A DNA stretch of 64,000 nucleotides, from positions 27,530,001 through 27,594,000 of the forward strand of contig NC_045697.1 of assembly GCF_009834535.1 (NCBI RefSeq), in the 5' to 3' direction. Every line of letters begins with the position of its first letter. Positions within the stretch are counted from its first letter, which is position 1. This DNA is from Camelus ferus (lineage: Eukaryota). Under the pieces are notes generated by a model. The model ran no database searches. It was not told where the DNA came from and saw only the letters and a program-made list of their open reading frames with translations. The position numbers and the translations under genes were made by a program. Positions 24,240 through 36,350 of the stretch are shown piece by piece.

Positions 24240-24925
24240 TGTATTAGTCAGCTGTTGTTATGATAATAGTGTATAACAAACAACTCTAAAACCCTTAGTG
24301 ATCTATAGCATCAGGATCTTTGAGTCATGGGTCTGTGGGTTGACTGGGTGGCTCTACTTTAGTCTGGGTTCAAGTCTGCTCCCTGAATCTGTTGCATGAG
24401 ATCGCTCAGTCAGAGGCATATACTGTTCATGATAGATCTAGAAAATTAAGAGGCCAAACCAAGCTATAGAAGCATATTTAAAGCCTCTGCTTGCATCATA
24501 TCTGATAACATTTTTTGGCCAAAGTAAGTCATAAAGCCCAAAGTTAGGCAGGGGAGATATATATATATAGTGTATATATATATACACTATTATATGTAGT
24601 GTTTGTTATATACTATTATCACAACAATAGTTAACTAATACATATCCTTCAAAGAAAAGGATATGGTCATAGTACTGATATATATATACGATGTAGAGGG
24701 AGGGTTCTTTTTCTCTTAGGTTTAGGCATTTATTCATCCAACAAACTCTTGATGAGCACATATTATGTTTCAGACATGGTTAGGTACACACACACATACT
24801 TTTACATTGTGTTCACAGCTACTCTGGAAGGCACAGCAAAGCCACATGGCAGAGTGTGGACATTTAATTCCATTACAGGGAGAGAGTAAAGGGCTATGAA
24901 CAATAATCTAATCAGCTATAGGTAC
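24240..24925 (-). mobile_element. Old MLT1 LTR split by a ~250-bp insertion (24557-24805)
   Basis: tgtattagtcag...aacaaacaac and ttggccaaagtaagtcat; the LTR resumes at gcaaagccacatggc...gaacaataatctaatc. Confidence 0.65.
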
Positions 24926-26829
24926 CTTCAGTACAACTGCTAACACACATAACACACAGGCACTGTTCTAATCACCTTACATGTATGAACACATCAGGTT
25001 AACAACACCTTTTATTTGATGGCTTGAAGGATGGATATAAATGTAAAAGTTTAAATTGGTTTTTGGTTAGACTTAATGAGTTGTAAAGGAAACTGAAAAT
25101 TACACTTGTGATAACATTGCAACAAGTACTTAAATTTTTAAATTCTATGTAAAAAAAAAATCCATCATGGAAGGAGTCCAAATATTTTGTTATTCTAGGA
25201 GTTGTCTGAGGATATTTCCAGAATATTTCTAGTAGCTGTATATGCCCTTGTATATGTATCAATAAATGTCGATTAGTAAATATTTATTGCATTCCTATTG
25301 TATACAAGACTTTACTGTGCTTACTGTGGGGGTTCTTGCCCTCAGGGAACTTAAGATTTAGCCAGGAGGAAAAAGGCATTTCCATGAGGACAGCTAACCA
25401 TAACTCAAGGCAGTAAGTGCCAAGCAGCAGCTGTGCGGACAACAGAATTCCAAGGAAAGCCTGGTCTGTGCCTTTGTCCTTCTATAAAAATTCTTAGAGT
25501 CCTGTCATTAAAAGGTCCAGAAGGAGGTGTCATCATCAAGGCCTGGATGCCTCCCACACCTGTGGATTTGGCTCATGTCCTGTCTCAAGGTTTCTTTGTT
25601 CTGGGCATTCAGAAAGAAATGTGAATTGTCATACATTGCATCCCTTCCTAAGACTCCAAAAGCTTCCTAGAGAAACAGGCAGCAAACTGTGTTACACTTC
25701 ACTGGTTTGGAGACCATGTTGGATGTCACTGATCCTTCCCTTCCTCTACCCTCCACTCTTTATTTCTAGGTGTCAAAAAAGAGTACAGTCCAACAAAAAG
25801 GAGAAGACATTTGTTCTAACCATCGACACCAATGCTCACAAAACCATTTTCCACCTTATACTTCAGTGTCTTGATTTCTTTGTTTGCCCAGGGGTCCTGA
25901 GGTAGTCTCTGTTCACACATGGGGAGTGGAAAGAGAATTTGAAAGTTAATTTCCTTTCAAAGCCCGACTTTCATTTTGCCAATCCCAAGTCTGAGACAAA
26001 TGTGGGGACAGAGAGGAATACTGTGATTCCCGAAACGTGAGTGCTATGAAAATTTATGCTTGATTTCAAGTTTTTCCTCTTTGAATAGCATAGGGATAAG
26101 GGTTTTTTTTCCCCCCGATTTTGATTTTTCTCTCAGTCAGTTCCTGATTGATTTTAAATATTTTTGTTCAGACACACTATACTTTTCATTTTTTTATTGG
26201 CCCTTAACTCATATGAAACACTATGTAAAATGGAGGTCAGTTTAAGACCTCAAATTCTTGCAAGTCATAAAACACTTGTGAAGTGGTCCTGGCCTTTTTA
26301 ATCTATGAAATAAGATACTTGTCCGAACACCTCTCATACCCTGGAAAGTGGGCTACACACACCAAGGTTTCAACTAACCTCCAGAGTCAAATTTTTGAAT
26401 TGAAAATGTTAAAATATGCCCTTGAAAACCAATTAATAATGAGTTTATTTGCATTCATGTTTTTCCACAGAGCAATCCCTACTTCCTTTAAATTTTGAGA
26501 CACAAGAGAAAACATGTGTGCCCACCTCACCTTTGCAGAGTGGCCGTGAAGTGTGTGGGTTTCATAATCCCCTTAAGCACAAGGCTGCCATCTGTATTGT
26601 TCTATGATTTTATCCACTCGGTTTGCTCCTCTCCCTCCCTATGCCTGAGAACCACAGTGTGCAGAAGCCCTGAAGAGGAAGTGGTTTTCATGGACCATTA
26701 TCTTTTACTGCCCTCTGCACATCTCTGAGGCCTTTCTCTGAGAGGGAAGAAAGGAAGGAGGGATGAGAAAGGAAAGAAAGGAGGTAGAGTGGGAGGGAAA
26801 GACAGAATAAAGGTTTTTTAAAAAATATA

Positions 26830-27990
26830 AAAGTGGAAACATTCACATGAACAATAAAAACTGGTTAATTTTACTTCATCAAAAGTAAAAAATTTTCTCT
26901 CTAAAAGATATGGAAAAACAGGGCACAAATTGGGAGAAAATATTTGCAAACGCCTATCTGACTAAAGCCCTAAATGTCAAGCCTAAAGCTGCAAAACTCT
27001 AAAAGAGAACATGGGAGAAAATCTTTGACCTTTGATTAGGGCACAACTTCTTAGATACTATAGAAAAGCACAATTCATAAAAATTCGTAAGTTGAGCTTC
27101 ACTAAAATAATTTGTTTTAAAATATTGTTAAAAGATGAGCCACAAACTGGGAAAACTATTTACTAATTGCATATTGATAAGGGAGCTGTATCTAGAACAA
27201 ATAAAAAGCTCCTGTAACTGAGTAATAAGAAATCAACCCCTCCAAAAACAAGTGAAAGATTCAAACTTCTCACTAAAGAAGAGATACAGATGCAAATAAG
27301 TATATGAAAAGACACCCAATGTCATTAATCATTAAAGAAATGCAAATTAAAACCGTAAGATACCACTACATACCTATCAGAATGGCTTTAAAAATTTTTT
27401 TTAAAAATGAACAGACAAACAAAAGAACTTAGCAATACAAGTGTTGGTGAGGCTTGGAATGGTGCAGCCACTTTGGGAAACAGTTTGGCTATTTTTATAA
27501 AGCTAAACATACACTTACTGTGTAACCCAGAGATCCCACTTCTAAGTATTTATGAAATGTGTATGAAATGAAAACATATGTCCACACCAAACCCTGTCTG
27601 AGAATATCTATAGCAACCTTCTTCATAATAGCTCAAAATTAAAAACCAACCAGTGTCTATCAGCTCATGAATGGATATACAAATTGTGCTCCATCCATAC
27701 CATGAACTACTCATTCATGCAAGGGTATGAACTAATTTTAAAATTTGATGCTAAGTTAAAAGGAGTTAGATTCAAAAGGTTTCACGTGATATGATTCATT
27801 TTATATGATAGAACAGATCAGTGATTGAGAGTGGAGAAAGGACTGATTACAGAGAGACTCAAGGGAACTTGTTTGGGGTGATGGAAAACTTTGTCTTGAT
27901 TGTGTTGCATGTTTGTCAAAACTTATAGGACTATATATTGAACTTAATTTTTTTGGTATATACAGAATATACCTTAATAAATCTGATTAA
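26830..27990 (+). mobile_element. Old L1M (MB/MC-like) 3' portion
   Basis: gaaatgcaaattaaaacc...gataccactac, acccagagatcccacttcta and ggggtgatggaaa 3'UTR motifs. Confidence 0.85.
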
Positions 27991-28029
27991 AATTATCCAA
28001 CTTTCCCATAACATCAATAGATGTATTTA

Positions 28030-28510
28030 ACATTTTTAAAGAGATAAATCAAATTTAGTATAGAAATTTTAGAAAATACATTAATAAATAAGACAAAATT
28101 AATCAACTGTAATTACAGCACCTACAGATTGTCAGTGTTAACAACTTGATGGACATACTTTTTTTATATAAAGTTTTGTAGCTCATTTGATTTCTTAACA
28201 TCTTTACATGTATCTTCCACACTACCACTTCCCACAGGCACAGAGCATTCTATCGTATGAAAGTTCTACAGATTATTTAATGAATTCTCTATTATTAGAC
28301 ACTTAGGGTATATGTAATTTGTTACTTTTGTAACTAGAGCTACAATAAGCATTCTTATATGTATATTTGTGGATAACCGTGATTTATTTCTTTAGGATAA
28401 ATATCTAGGCATGGCAGTGCTGGCTCAAAGGAAAGAAATATTTTTAGGGTTTATGATAGAGTTGTCATCAAATCTCCCTGCAGAGACTTTGCACCGATTT
28501 CTGTAAGTTT
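28030..28510 (-). mobile_element. Ancient L1ME-type fragment
   Basis: attatttaatgaattctctattattagacacttagg...ttaggataaatatctagg...gctggctcaaagg. Confidence 0.6.
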
Positions 28511-30524
28511 ATTTTAAAATTCTCTTTATCTCATCCCCATTTCACAACCTTCCTCACCTTGCTCCCTCTTAACAGAAAATTTCTAGCTGAGACACAAAGC
28601 ATAAGAGGACTCATGAGCGGCTGCACACAGAGAAAGGGGATCGTGTAGAACAGTAACATCCTAGTTTCCAGGCCCCCAACTCACCTGCCTCATGTCTCAT
28701 GTGTTGGACCTTATCTTTTTTTTTTTTTAAACAAATAAACTTAGTTTGTTAGTTAATAATTCATTTTTCTCACAGATAACTTTAGTTACCCAACTAAGGA
28801 GCCTGAAGTTCAATGGGGAAAAAAAAATCAACCTCACATTTAATTTAACAAATGTGAGAATTCTGATCAACATTTTGTGCACTGAAAACCTTTGGTAGAG
28901 GTCCTGTCCTGATTTTAAGGACATTTAGAGGCTTGAGACTCCAGGCTTGGTCTCACGGGTCTGGAAAGACCCTCTGACCAGGAGAAAGGGGACCCGGGTT
29001 TGGGGGTCATTCCATCGCTGGCCTGGACTGACATCAGCTCACATTCCTGGGCCTCCTGTGCTCACGCGTTAAGTCAGTAAGATATAATGATGTCCCTCCT
29101 ACCTGTCGTTGTGAGGATAGAGTTAGACGATGCTTCTGAAAGCACCTTAAAAAGTATCAAAAGCACTTCGAACATGCTTTGAATACTTCCTGTTTTTCAT
29201 GGTGATAACACTGGAGAACACTCCCGACAGGACAAGCCTCAGGTGTCAGGCCTGTTCAACTCCCGGGAGAGGTGAGCAGGGCCCTCTGTCCCTGGCCGGG
29301 CCTTGGGTCTTACCTAGGGTGCTGCGGGGCGGTGTTCTCACGAGGTCCTCTCTGATCAGCCATTCGCAGGGTTATGCGTTATCCCTGTAGAGTTTGCTCT
29401 TTACCCTGCACATGTCAAGGAGCTGCTCGGATGACCTCTCAGGGAGCTGGAGGGACGGCAAGGTCAGATCTGCATTTTAGAAAGAGCAGGCGCCAGGGAA
29501 GAATCGCAGGGATGCCTGCAGACTGCCTACTGGCTCCCAGTGCTACTCCCCACCCCCTGGGTGCTGCACTGGGTCCCAGGCAGCTGCGTTTCCCAGGCTC
29601 CTGTGTTTGGCTTCCAGACAGTTGGGGCCCTTGGAAGGCACTGGCAGAAGCCTGGCAGGGAGCGAGAAGGGGCGAAGCCAGGGTATTTCCACTCCTTCAG
29701 CCTCTGACAGCACCTCCTTTAGAGGCTGCATTTCTCCACTTCCTCCGTGGGAGGAAAGCCCCTGAAGACCTTTCAGCGCCTGCCTTATGCCAGCCCTGGT
29801 CACACAGTGCCACCTCTGGGCTCTGGCCACCCCACCTCCTCCCCCAACCAGGAGTGCAGGCAGCTTCCTGCAGATGCCAATCTTTGAGTTTCCTAAAACC
29901 TCCTGTTGGCCTCTCAGCTCTTCTTTTGCAAATCAATCCCCTGTGTTCGATTCCCATTTTTTGGGAACACCTACAATGGCTTCTTTAACCCTGGCTGAAC
30001 CCAGGCGGATGCAGAGGGGAACAGGAGTGAACAGCAGTTCAGCTCAACAGGCACTGATTAAAAACCTAGGGAGCAGGCCCCATCTCCTGGGAAGACAATT
30101 TCCACGTACTGATGTATGAAGTGCACCACAGGGGTGTGCATGAGTTTGAAGGGAGGCCCACTGGATGAGGCGATTGTCATTGCAGTGGTCCAGACAAGAC
30201 CCTTGAAGAGCTTGAACAAAGGCAGTGGTGGGTGATCGGAGAAAGGACTTGATGATCAATTGGATGTGAAAGATGAAGGAAAAGAGGGGCTGAGAAAGAG
30301 CCCCAGCTGGCTGATTTTTGCCTTCCCCGCCTCTAGGGCATGCACTTCTCTCCATCCTTCAAAATCCAGTTCAACAGCTACCTCCACCATGATTGTTTCT
30401 GCTGATGTTCCCCAGTGGAGATGCTCTTTCCTGCCTCTGTGCTTTTGTAGCACTTTGTCTTGGCACCATGTCAGCTCCTCTCTCACTTCTCTTATATTCC
30501 AATAGATTTCCCGGAAGAAAAGCT

Positions 30525-30740
30525 AGCGCTTATAAAGCACTTACTATGCGCCAGAAAAGTATTAACTTATTCATCATTTTGTTCTCATGACAACCCTGTG
30601 ATGTGAGGACTATTACTGTTCTCGGCCTTACAGACGAGGAAACTGAGGCCTGGGGAGATTTAATGATCTGTATAAGGATACACAGAGTGAGCAGCAGAGC
30701 CAGGAATCAGTTGTCTTTAGGGTTTGTGCCCCTAACCATC
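30525..30740 (-). mobile_element. MIR SINE
   Basis: ctcatgacaaccctgtgatg...ttacagacgaggaaactgaggc. Confidence 0.8.
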
Positions 30741-30869
30741 ACATCACATAACTCCTCTAGATAATATCTCTATGTACTATGTTTTGATTGTTTTCCTACA
30801 GAGGAACATTAAGGTTCTCAGGAAGTTAGTTTGGGATATTAAGAAGCACAAACTCACCCGCTCCAGTTT

Positions 30870-31215
30870 CTTGAACACTCCAGGCCTTTGTACATGCTGT
30901 TCCCTTGCCAAGAACACTTTCCCTGCACTTTGCACAGTGGCCTCTGCTCATTCCTCAGTTCTGGTTTCAGTGCTAAACCAGATCTGAGTGAGATCCTTCA
31001 GGCTCGTCTAATAAAGCAGAACCCCTCCCCTACCCTGTTGTCTTGAGCACTGAACCTGTCCATTTGCTTCAGAGCACACTGTTCAAGTCATGTTCTTATT
31101 GGTTTGTTTACTTGCATAGTCCAAGAAGGCAGAACATACATCTGCTGTACTCACCCTTGTTCGTTCAGGGCCCATCAAGGCACCTAGCACATAGTAGGAA
31201 CTCAATACATGAGGA
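30870..31215 (+). mobile_element. L2 3' end
   Basis: caggcctttgtacatgctgttccc...cacctagcacatagtaggaactcaata. Confidence 0.75.
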
Positions 31216-31291
31216 AGGATGATGCCTTCTCCCCAAAGTACATAAAATTTGTCCTCACTCTCATACCACACAATTGTCAAGAATTGATTTG

Positions 31292-31388
31292 GTAGGAAGA
31301 GTGGGTACAACTCAGTGGTAGAGGATGTGCTTAGCATGCAGAAGTCCTGGGATCAATCCCTAGTACTCCCATTGAAGAAAAAAAAAAA
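31292..31388 (+). mobile_element. tRNA-derived SINE (Vic-1-like), older copy
   Basis: Homologous to 5405-5531, with an A tail and TSD AAGAATTGATT (31279-31289) / AAGAATTAATT (31387-31397). Confidence 0.82.
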
Positions 31389-31453
31389 GAATTAATTCTG
31401 AGTATAAATTGGATGAAGGAGTGATCAGGCAGAAATTAAGAAATGGGAGTTTT

Positions 31454-31570
31454 CACGAATATATATATATGTATATGCATAACTGGGACATTGTGCTCTA
31501 TACCAGAAATTGACACATTATAACTGACTGTGCTTCAATTGAAAAAAAAGAAAAAGAAAAAAGAAAAAAA
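31454..31570 (+). mobile_element. Extremely 5'-truncated L1 3' end with A-rich tail
   Basis: ttgtgctctataccagaaattgacacatt resembles the L1 3' ends at 48060 and 56220. 13-bp TSD AAATGGGAGTTTT (31441-31453) / AAACGGGAGTTTT (31571-31583). Confidence 0.85.
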
Positions 31571-31599
31571 AAACGGGAGTTTTTAAAAACATCTCAAAT

Positions 31600-31835
31600 A
31601 GGGGATTAAGACGTACGAACTATTGTGTATAAAATAAGCTGCAAGGCTATATTGTACAACACAGGGAATACAGCCAACATGTTATAATAACTATAGATGG
31701 AGTATAACTTTAAAAAATTATGAATCACTATATTGTCCACCTGCAACTTATATAATATTCTATATTAACTATCCCTCAATAAAAAATAAATTTAAAAATT
31801 ATACATAAAAAATTTTAAAGTAAAAACAAACAAAA
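31600..31835 (+). mobile_element. L1 3'UTR end (older laurasiatherian family)
   Basis: tattgtacaacacagggaatacagcc...gaatcactatattgt..acctg...cctcaataaaaaataaa. Confidence 0.8.
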
Positions 31836-32734
31836 AGATCCAAGATGTCCTAAAGGTAAGAAAAGAATGATATTAACAAGGAATTCTCAAAGAGAATAGT
31901 TCTGATGAATCAATCATTGAAATATATAATTTCCCTTCATAAAAGTGACTAAATCTGCTTGGCCTGAATTTGCTTCTGTTTTGCCATTGCTTTCAGATCT
32001 GAGAAGAACCCCACCCACATCTCAGTTTGCCTGAACCTGGGTGCTTTTTCAAAAATTTCCTTCACACCCTGACTCAGGCTCTGGGTGAGATGCTGTGGGA
32101 AACCGAGATGTCAAAGTACAGGGGTGAATTTCATGGTTAGTCATGAAGCCTCTTAATTTAACATCTGTCTGATTGCAAGTATACATTTTGCAATTTTGAG
32201 ATGAATGATATGCTGTTTAACCTGAAAGCTAATTATAGCAAGAAAGCTGTATGAGAGCCAATGCTTGTCACTGAGTTAGGAAATCAGCAAACCCAGGCCC
32301 TGCCTTGGCTCATGGATTATGACACGTATCTGTAGGTCACTTAACCTCCAAAATCACAAGCTACCAACAGCTTTTGAATTTTCAGCTGAAGAACTTCAGT
32401 ATTTTAATTAATTCTGTTCCTTTGCATCATATATCCTACTTTAAGAAGTGTCGTCTGGCTAATAATTGTACAAAACCTGAAGTAAGAAAAGGGTTTTTAC
32501 AAAATTCTTTAACCAGGTGAAGAAAATACTAATTGGATATAAGGAATAGCAGTTTGGCATCTCCTGGGATCCTCATTCAATCAGCAAGTATCAGTAGTGT
32601 GATCAGGTCAGAATGTGCTACAGATGAATTCATATCCATGTTTCTCCAGCCCTTGGAATCCCATTTTACAGATTAGAAAAACTAAGACATAGGGATGCTG
32701 AGAACTTCAGGTCACCTAGCACCTAGCTACTAGA

Positions 32735-32895
32735 GTAATCCTTGGACCAGTAGCATTACCTGGGAGCTTCTTAGAAATGCAGAATCTCAGGGCTCTCAAG
32801 ACCTCCTGAATCATAATCTACATTTAGATAAGACCAACTCCCGCCCTCCCCCTCAGCGATTTGGATATTCAGTCAAGTTTGAGAAGCACCAGCCT
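32735..32895. mobile_element. MER5A-like hAT-Charlie MITE
   Basis: cctgggagcttcttagaaatgcagaatctcagg...tgaatca...aagtttgagaagcac. Confidence 0.8.
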
Positions 32896-34899
32896 GGTGA
32901 ACCGTGCTGCAGGTGGGGTTGCCATTCTTATCTTTTGGCTTGATTAGACTCCTCCATCTTGGGTCTTGGCTGAGATGTCACCTCCTCAGGGAAACTTCCC
33001 ATAACTTTCTTAATTCCCTTAGTTACCCTTGCCAGGTGACTTCAGAGCATGCTACACTCCTCTAGTCATTGAAATTGTCACATTTTACAGCCAAGCAAGA
33101 CAGACAAGTAATTCAATGGGCAATTACGATCAACTCAGTGAGGGCCAGGATCAGATATGCGTGTCCCCAGGTGCTCAAATGCTCCCAGGATATGCCAAAG
33201 AAAGTCATGCATTAAGGGGTATCTTCTTTCCAAAAATGGTTTCATTGCAAAAACACCAAGCACATCTCTGTATTTAAGATGACCATTGATCTGGTCTTTG
33301 AATGGTCTCCACTTAAGGGCATCAGGGCAACCTATAATGCCAATTCCTTTTAGAACACTAACCCGCCATTTATGAGGTCTAGTTAATTTCAGCAGATGGT
33401 AATAACCACACCTCAAGTATCATCCCAATAAAGTCCAGTAATTAGGGCAGCACCCTTCCTATCATTTTCAGTCCAGAGGGTTCCACCCTGTCCCCTAATT
33501 ACCATGGTCCACAGGCCACAGCCCCAGGAAACAAACAAGGAAGTCCTTTACCAGCTTTTCCTCAGTCTCTTGCCAATGTATAGAGTGGCCCTGTCCCTTC
33601 CTGCTAAATAAACTGTGTTGTAGTTTGGAAGTGAATTATTGCCTGTCTTTAAATGATGTTTGAAGTTCTGGGTAGGATAGTATTTGCAGTCATCAGAGGT
33701 CACCTTACCAGTTGGCTAATTCATGGGTTCTTGCAGGGGGTACAGTTGTTGAGGAAGCAAGCAGTTTGCAAATGTCCTGCACACACACACACACAACTTT
33801 GAAGGCTTTCCAGCTCTTCTAAACAAAGTGGTCATTTCTTCTCCAGCTGGTTTTAAAAGTTTCCCTGGAATGAAGGCACCTCAGGATCTAAGCTGAATTT
33901 ATTTCCAAAGTCTCCTTCCCATGTTAGTCTGGTACCTACATAAAACTTTCTTGAAGATTGGAAAACAGAGGGTACAAATGATGATGTAAAAGGAAACAGA
34001 GACAGCCATGGTATGAAGTGTGAGTAAATTTACACCATCGTAGGGGACACAGGACGGGGCGGGGCAGGGCAGTACCGCTGAAATTGCAGGTAAGAAACCT
34101 GTGCTGAATAGTAGAGAGAGGAGCTTGAATGTAAGGGCTTGAAGATTAAATCTGAGGGGCTCTAGAAGATCCTACCCAGGTGGGTTATGGGACTACATTT
34201 CTAGAAATTCCTTTGGAAAAGAGTATTCTTGGGGCTAGTTTAATTCTCTCTGAAGGAAACAGAATGGGTGGCATAACCTTTCTGGGGACACTTTAACTTT
34301 TTTTCAATTCTCTGATTTCCCTTTCTGGTAGTATCTGAAAAATCATGATTTCTGTAGGCTCCCTCCCTTTTATTAGTCCTTTAAAAGTTTCACCTTCTCC
34401 ACAAAGCCTTTGGAAACAAACTACAAATAGATTTAAAAGTCTGTTTTTTTTCTGAAGGAAGGTAGGGGAACTGATATTCCCTGTGGGCCTCCAAAGGGCC
34501 AGCTCAGTCTCGGCCCCTTGGTTGGTCTTATTTCATTGAATCTTCATGACAGCTGTGTCTACCTACATATTCAGTACATTTCATTTATTTTATGTATTTT
34601 TCAGATGAGGAAATTTTAGAAAGATTAAATCATTTACATATGGCTATGCAAATTAACACAAATAATTAACTCTAAAACTCACATAATTGAAATTCATACC
34701 CTTTTCCTTATCTCATACTGCTTCTAAACTTGCCCTTTCTTTGCATGCACATAAGCAGACAGACAGACAGACACACAAAACCCAGCCTTAACATTGGACA
34801 GAATATAAAGATTTTTGTACCTACGTTAGGTATCTGAACTATTTGTAACAACCGTTTTTAAGCTTTCTATGATTTGGCTCAAATGTTGAGATTATATCT

Positions 34900-34914
34900 A
34901 TTTATATATATAAA

Positions 34915-34945
<31 letters not shown>
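34900..34945. repeat. (TA)n microsatellite
   Basis: Directly visible. Confidence 0.9.
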
Positions 34946-35582
34946 TTTTTTTAATGACACTGTAAATTCCTCAAGGGAAGGGCCAACATTTTCATTCATT
35001 TCTATTCCTCCTCCCACAGGCCCCCTGGCTCTAGCACATACAGTGCTTGCACTCAGTAGACGTTAGTCCATATTTGATAACCAACTGTGGATAAGGGACC
35101 TATCCTATTGAATTTGTTTTTTCATTCATCTTCAAAAATCCTGGCAAGGAAGCACATGAAAGAGTGTCCCATTTATAAAGGAGAACCCACTACAGATGCC
35201 TTTCATTAGTCTGGCATCAGAACTGCTTTTTTAGAAATTGTTTCCTAACTGGTGTTCCAATTTAGCAATCTGAATATCCTAAAAGGGACTGGCGGTCTTT
35301 GTCAACAGCTCAGGATGTGGCTGGACACTGTGACCTGGCCTTGTCAGAGTCCGTCCAAGGCTGTGATATTGTAATGCACAAGCAGTCAGGACAGGAAGTT
35401 GTGTCAGTGACGTCAGGCTGAGCCATTTCAGGGATCTGAATGCGACACTGGCAGCCTGAGCTCTGGCATATCTTGCAGGATAGCAGGATTCTAACTGCAA
35501 TTGGCTATCAATAAGATTTTAAAATATTTCTCTTATGTTATCATGTTAGACTTTTTTGTTAGCCCCTCATGGATTTAAAGAA

Positions 35583-36045
35583 GTGCATTGGTCAGGGTTC
35601 TAGCAGGAAAAAGGGGGTATATGCAAATAGGGTAACTAAGACGAGTGTTTTAGAGGGACAATTTACCAAGGTGTGGGCAGAGTTAAGGGAAACCAAGAAG
35701 GGATGGAGCAGGAACCAGGATGGATTAGCAACACTGGGGAGCGGGTACCATCCTTGCCTGAAGGGGCAAAAGAAAGATTGGTTATAGAACCTGGAGGAAA
35801 TCAGTGTGAACAGAGGGCCACTGTGACCTTCAGGTAGCAACAGGCAGAACCTTGAAAGGAATGAGCTGGGGAAGTTAATACTTTGACCTCATTCTTTCCC
35901 CACCCTTTTCTCTCTTCTGGTTGGACCCAACCCAGAAGGCAAGAGACTCTTGAGGCAATTGAGGCAAGTCAGCCTTTCTAAGCACGAGCAGCAGGAAGAG
36001 GGGCTAGAGCAGACCCACAGGAGGACACACGGAAATGCCCAATGG
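35583..36045 (-). mobile_element. ERVL solo LTR (LTR33-like)
   Basis: gtcagggttctagcaggaaa...atttaccaaggtgtgggcag...agggaaacca...cctgaaggggcaa. Homologous to 12803-13305. Confidence 0.7.
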
Positions 36046-36047
36046 AG

Positions 36048-36350
36048 CAGCATTCCTCAAATAATCTTGTTTGGAAACGATCTCTATTGGATGTTAAAAA
36101 GTGTTCTTTAGGAATAATAGAGAAGGTTGAGCGAGAGGGTAAGATTGGAGAACACCGGGTTAAGTGAAATTAAACAGATCTCTTTACTTCAAGACTTCTT
36201 AGGAGCTCTGAAACGTGCATCGTGGTTCTTTAATGGACCATACTTAATTGGTCCATTAGTCTGATGGGCCACGCTATTTCTCAAACTTACTCGGCCATGA
36301 TCATCATCCCTTATTTTAAGAAGCATCTCACAGCTCTTGCATCATCAGGG
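36048..36350. mobile_element. Probable hAT-Charlie-type DNA transposon fossil
   Basis: cagcattcctcaaa start, gggttaagtgaaattaaacag and tttctcaaacttac motifs. Confidence 0.45.

Noticed and set aside
12803..36045. Two same-orientation LTR33-like LTRs as the ends of one provirus
   Set aside because: They are 23 kb apart and highly diverged, with no gag/pol remnants between them, so they are independent solo LTRs.
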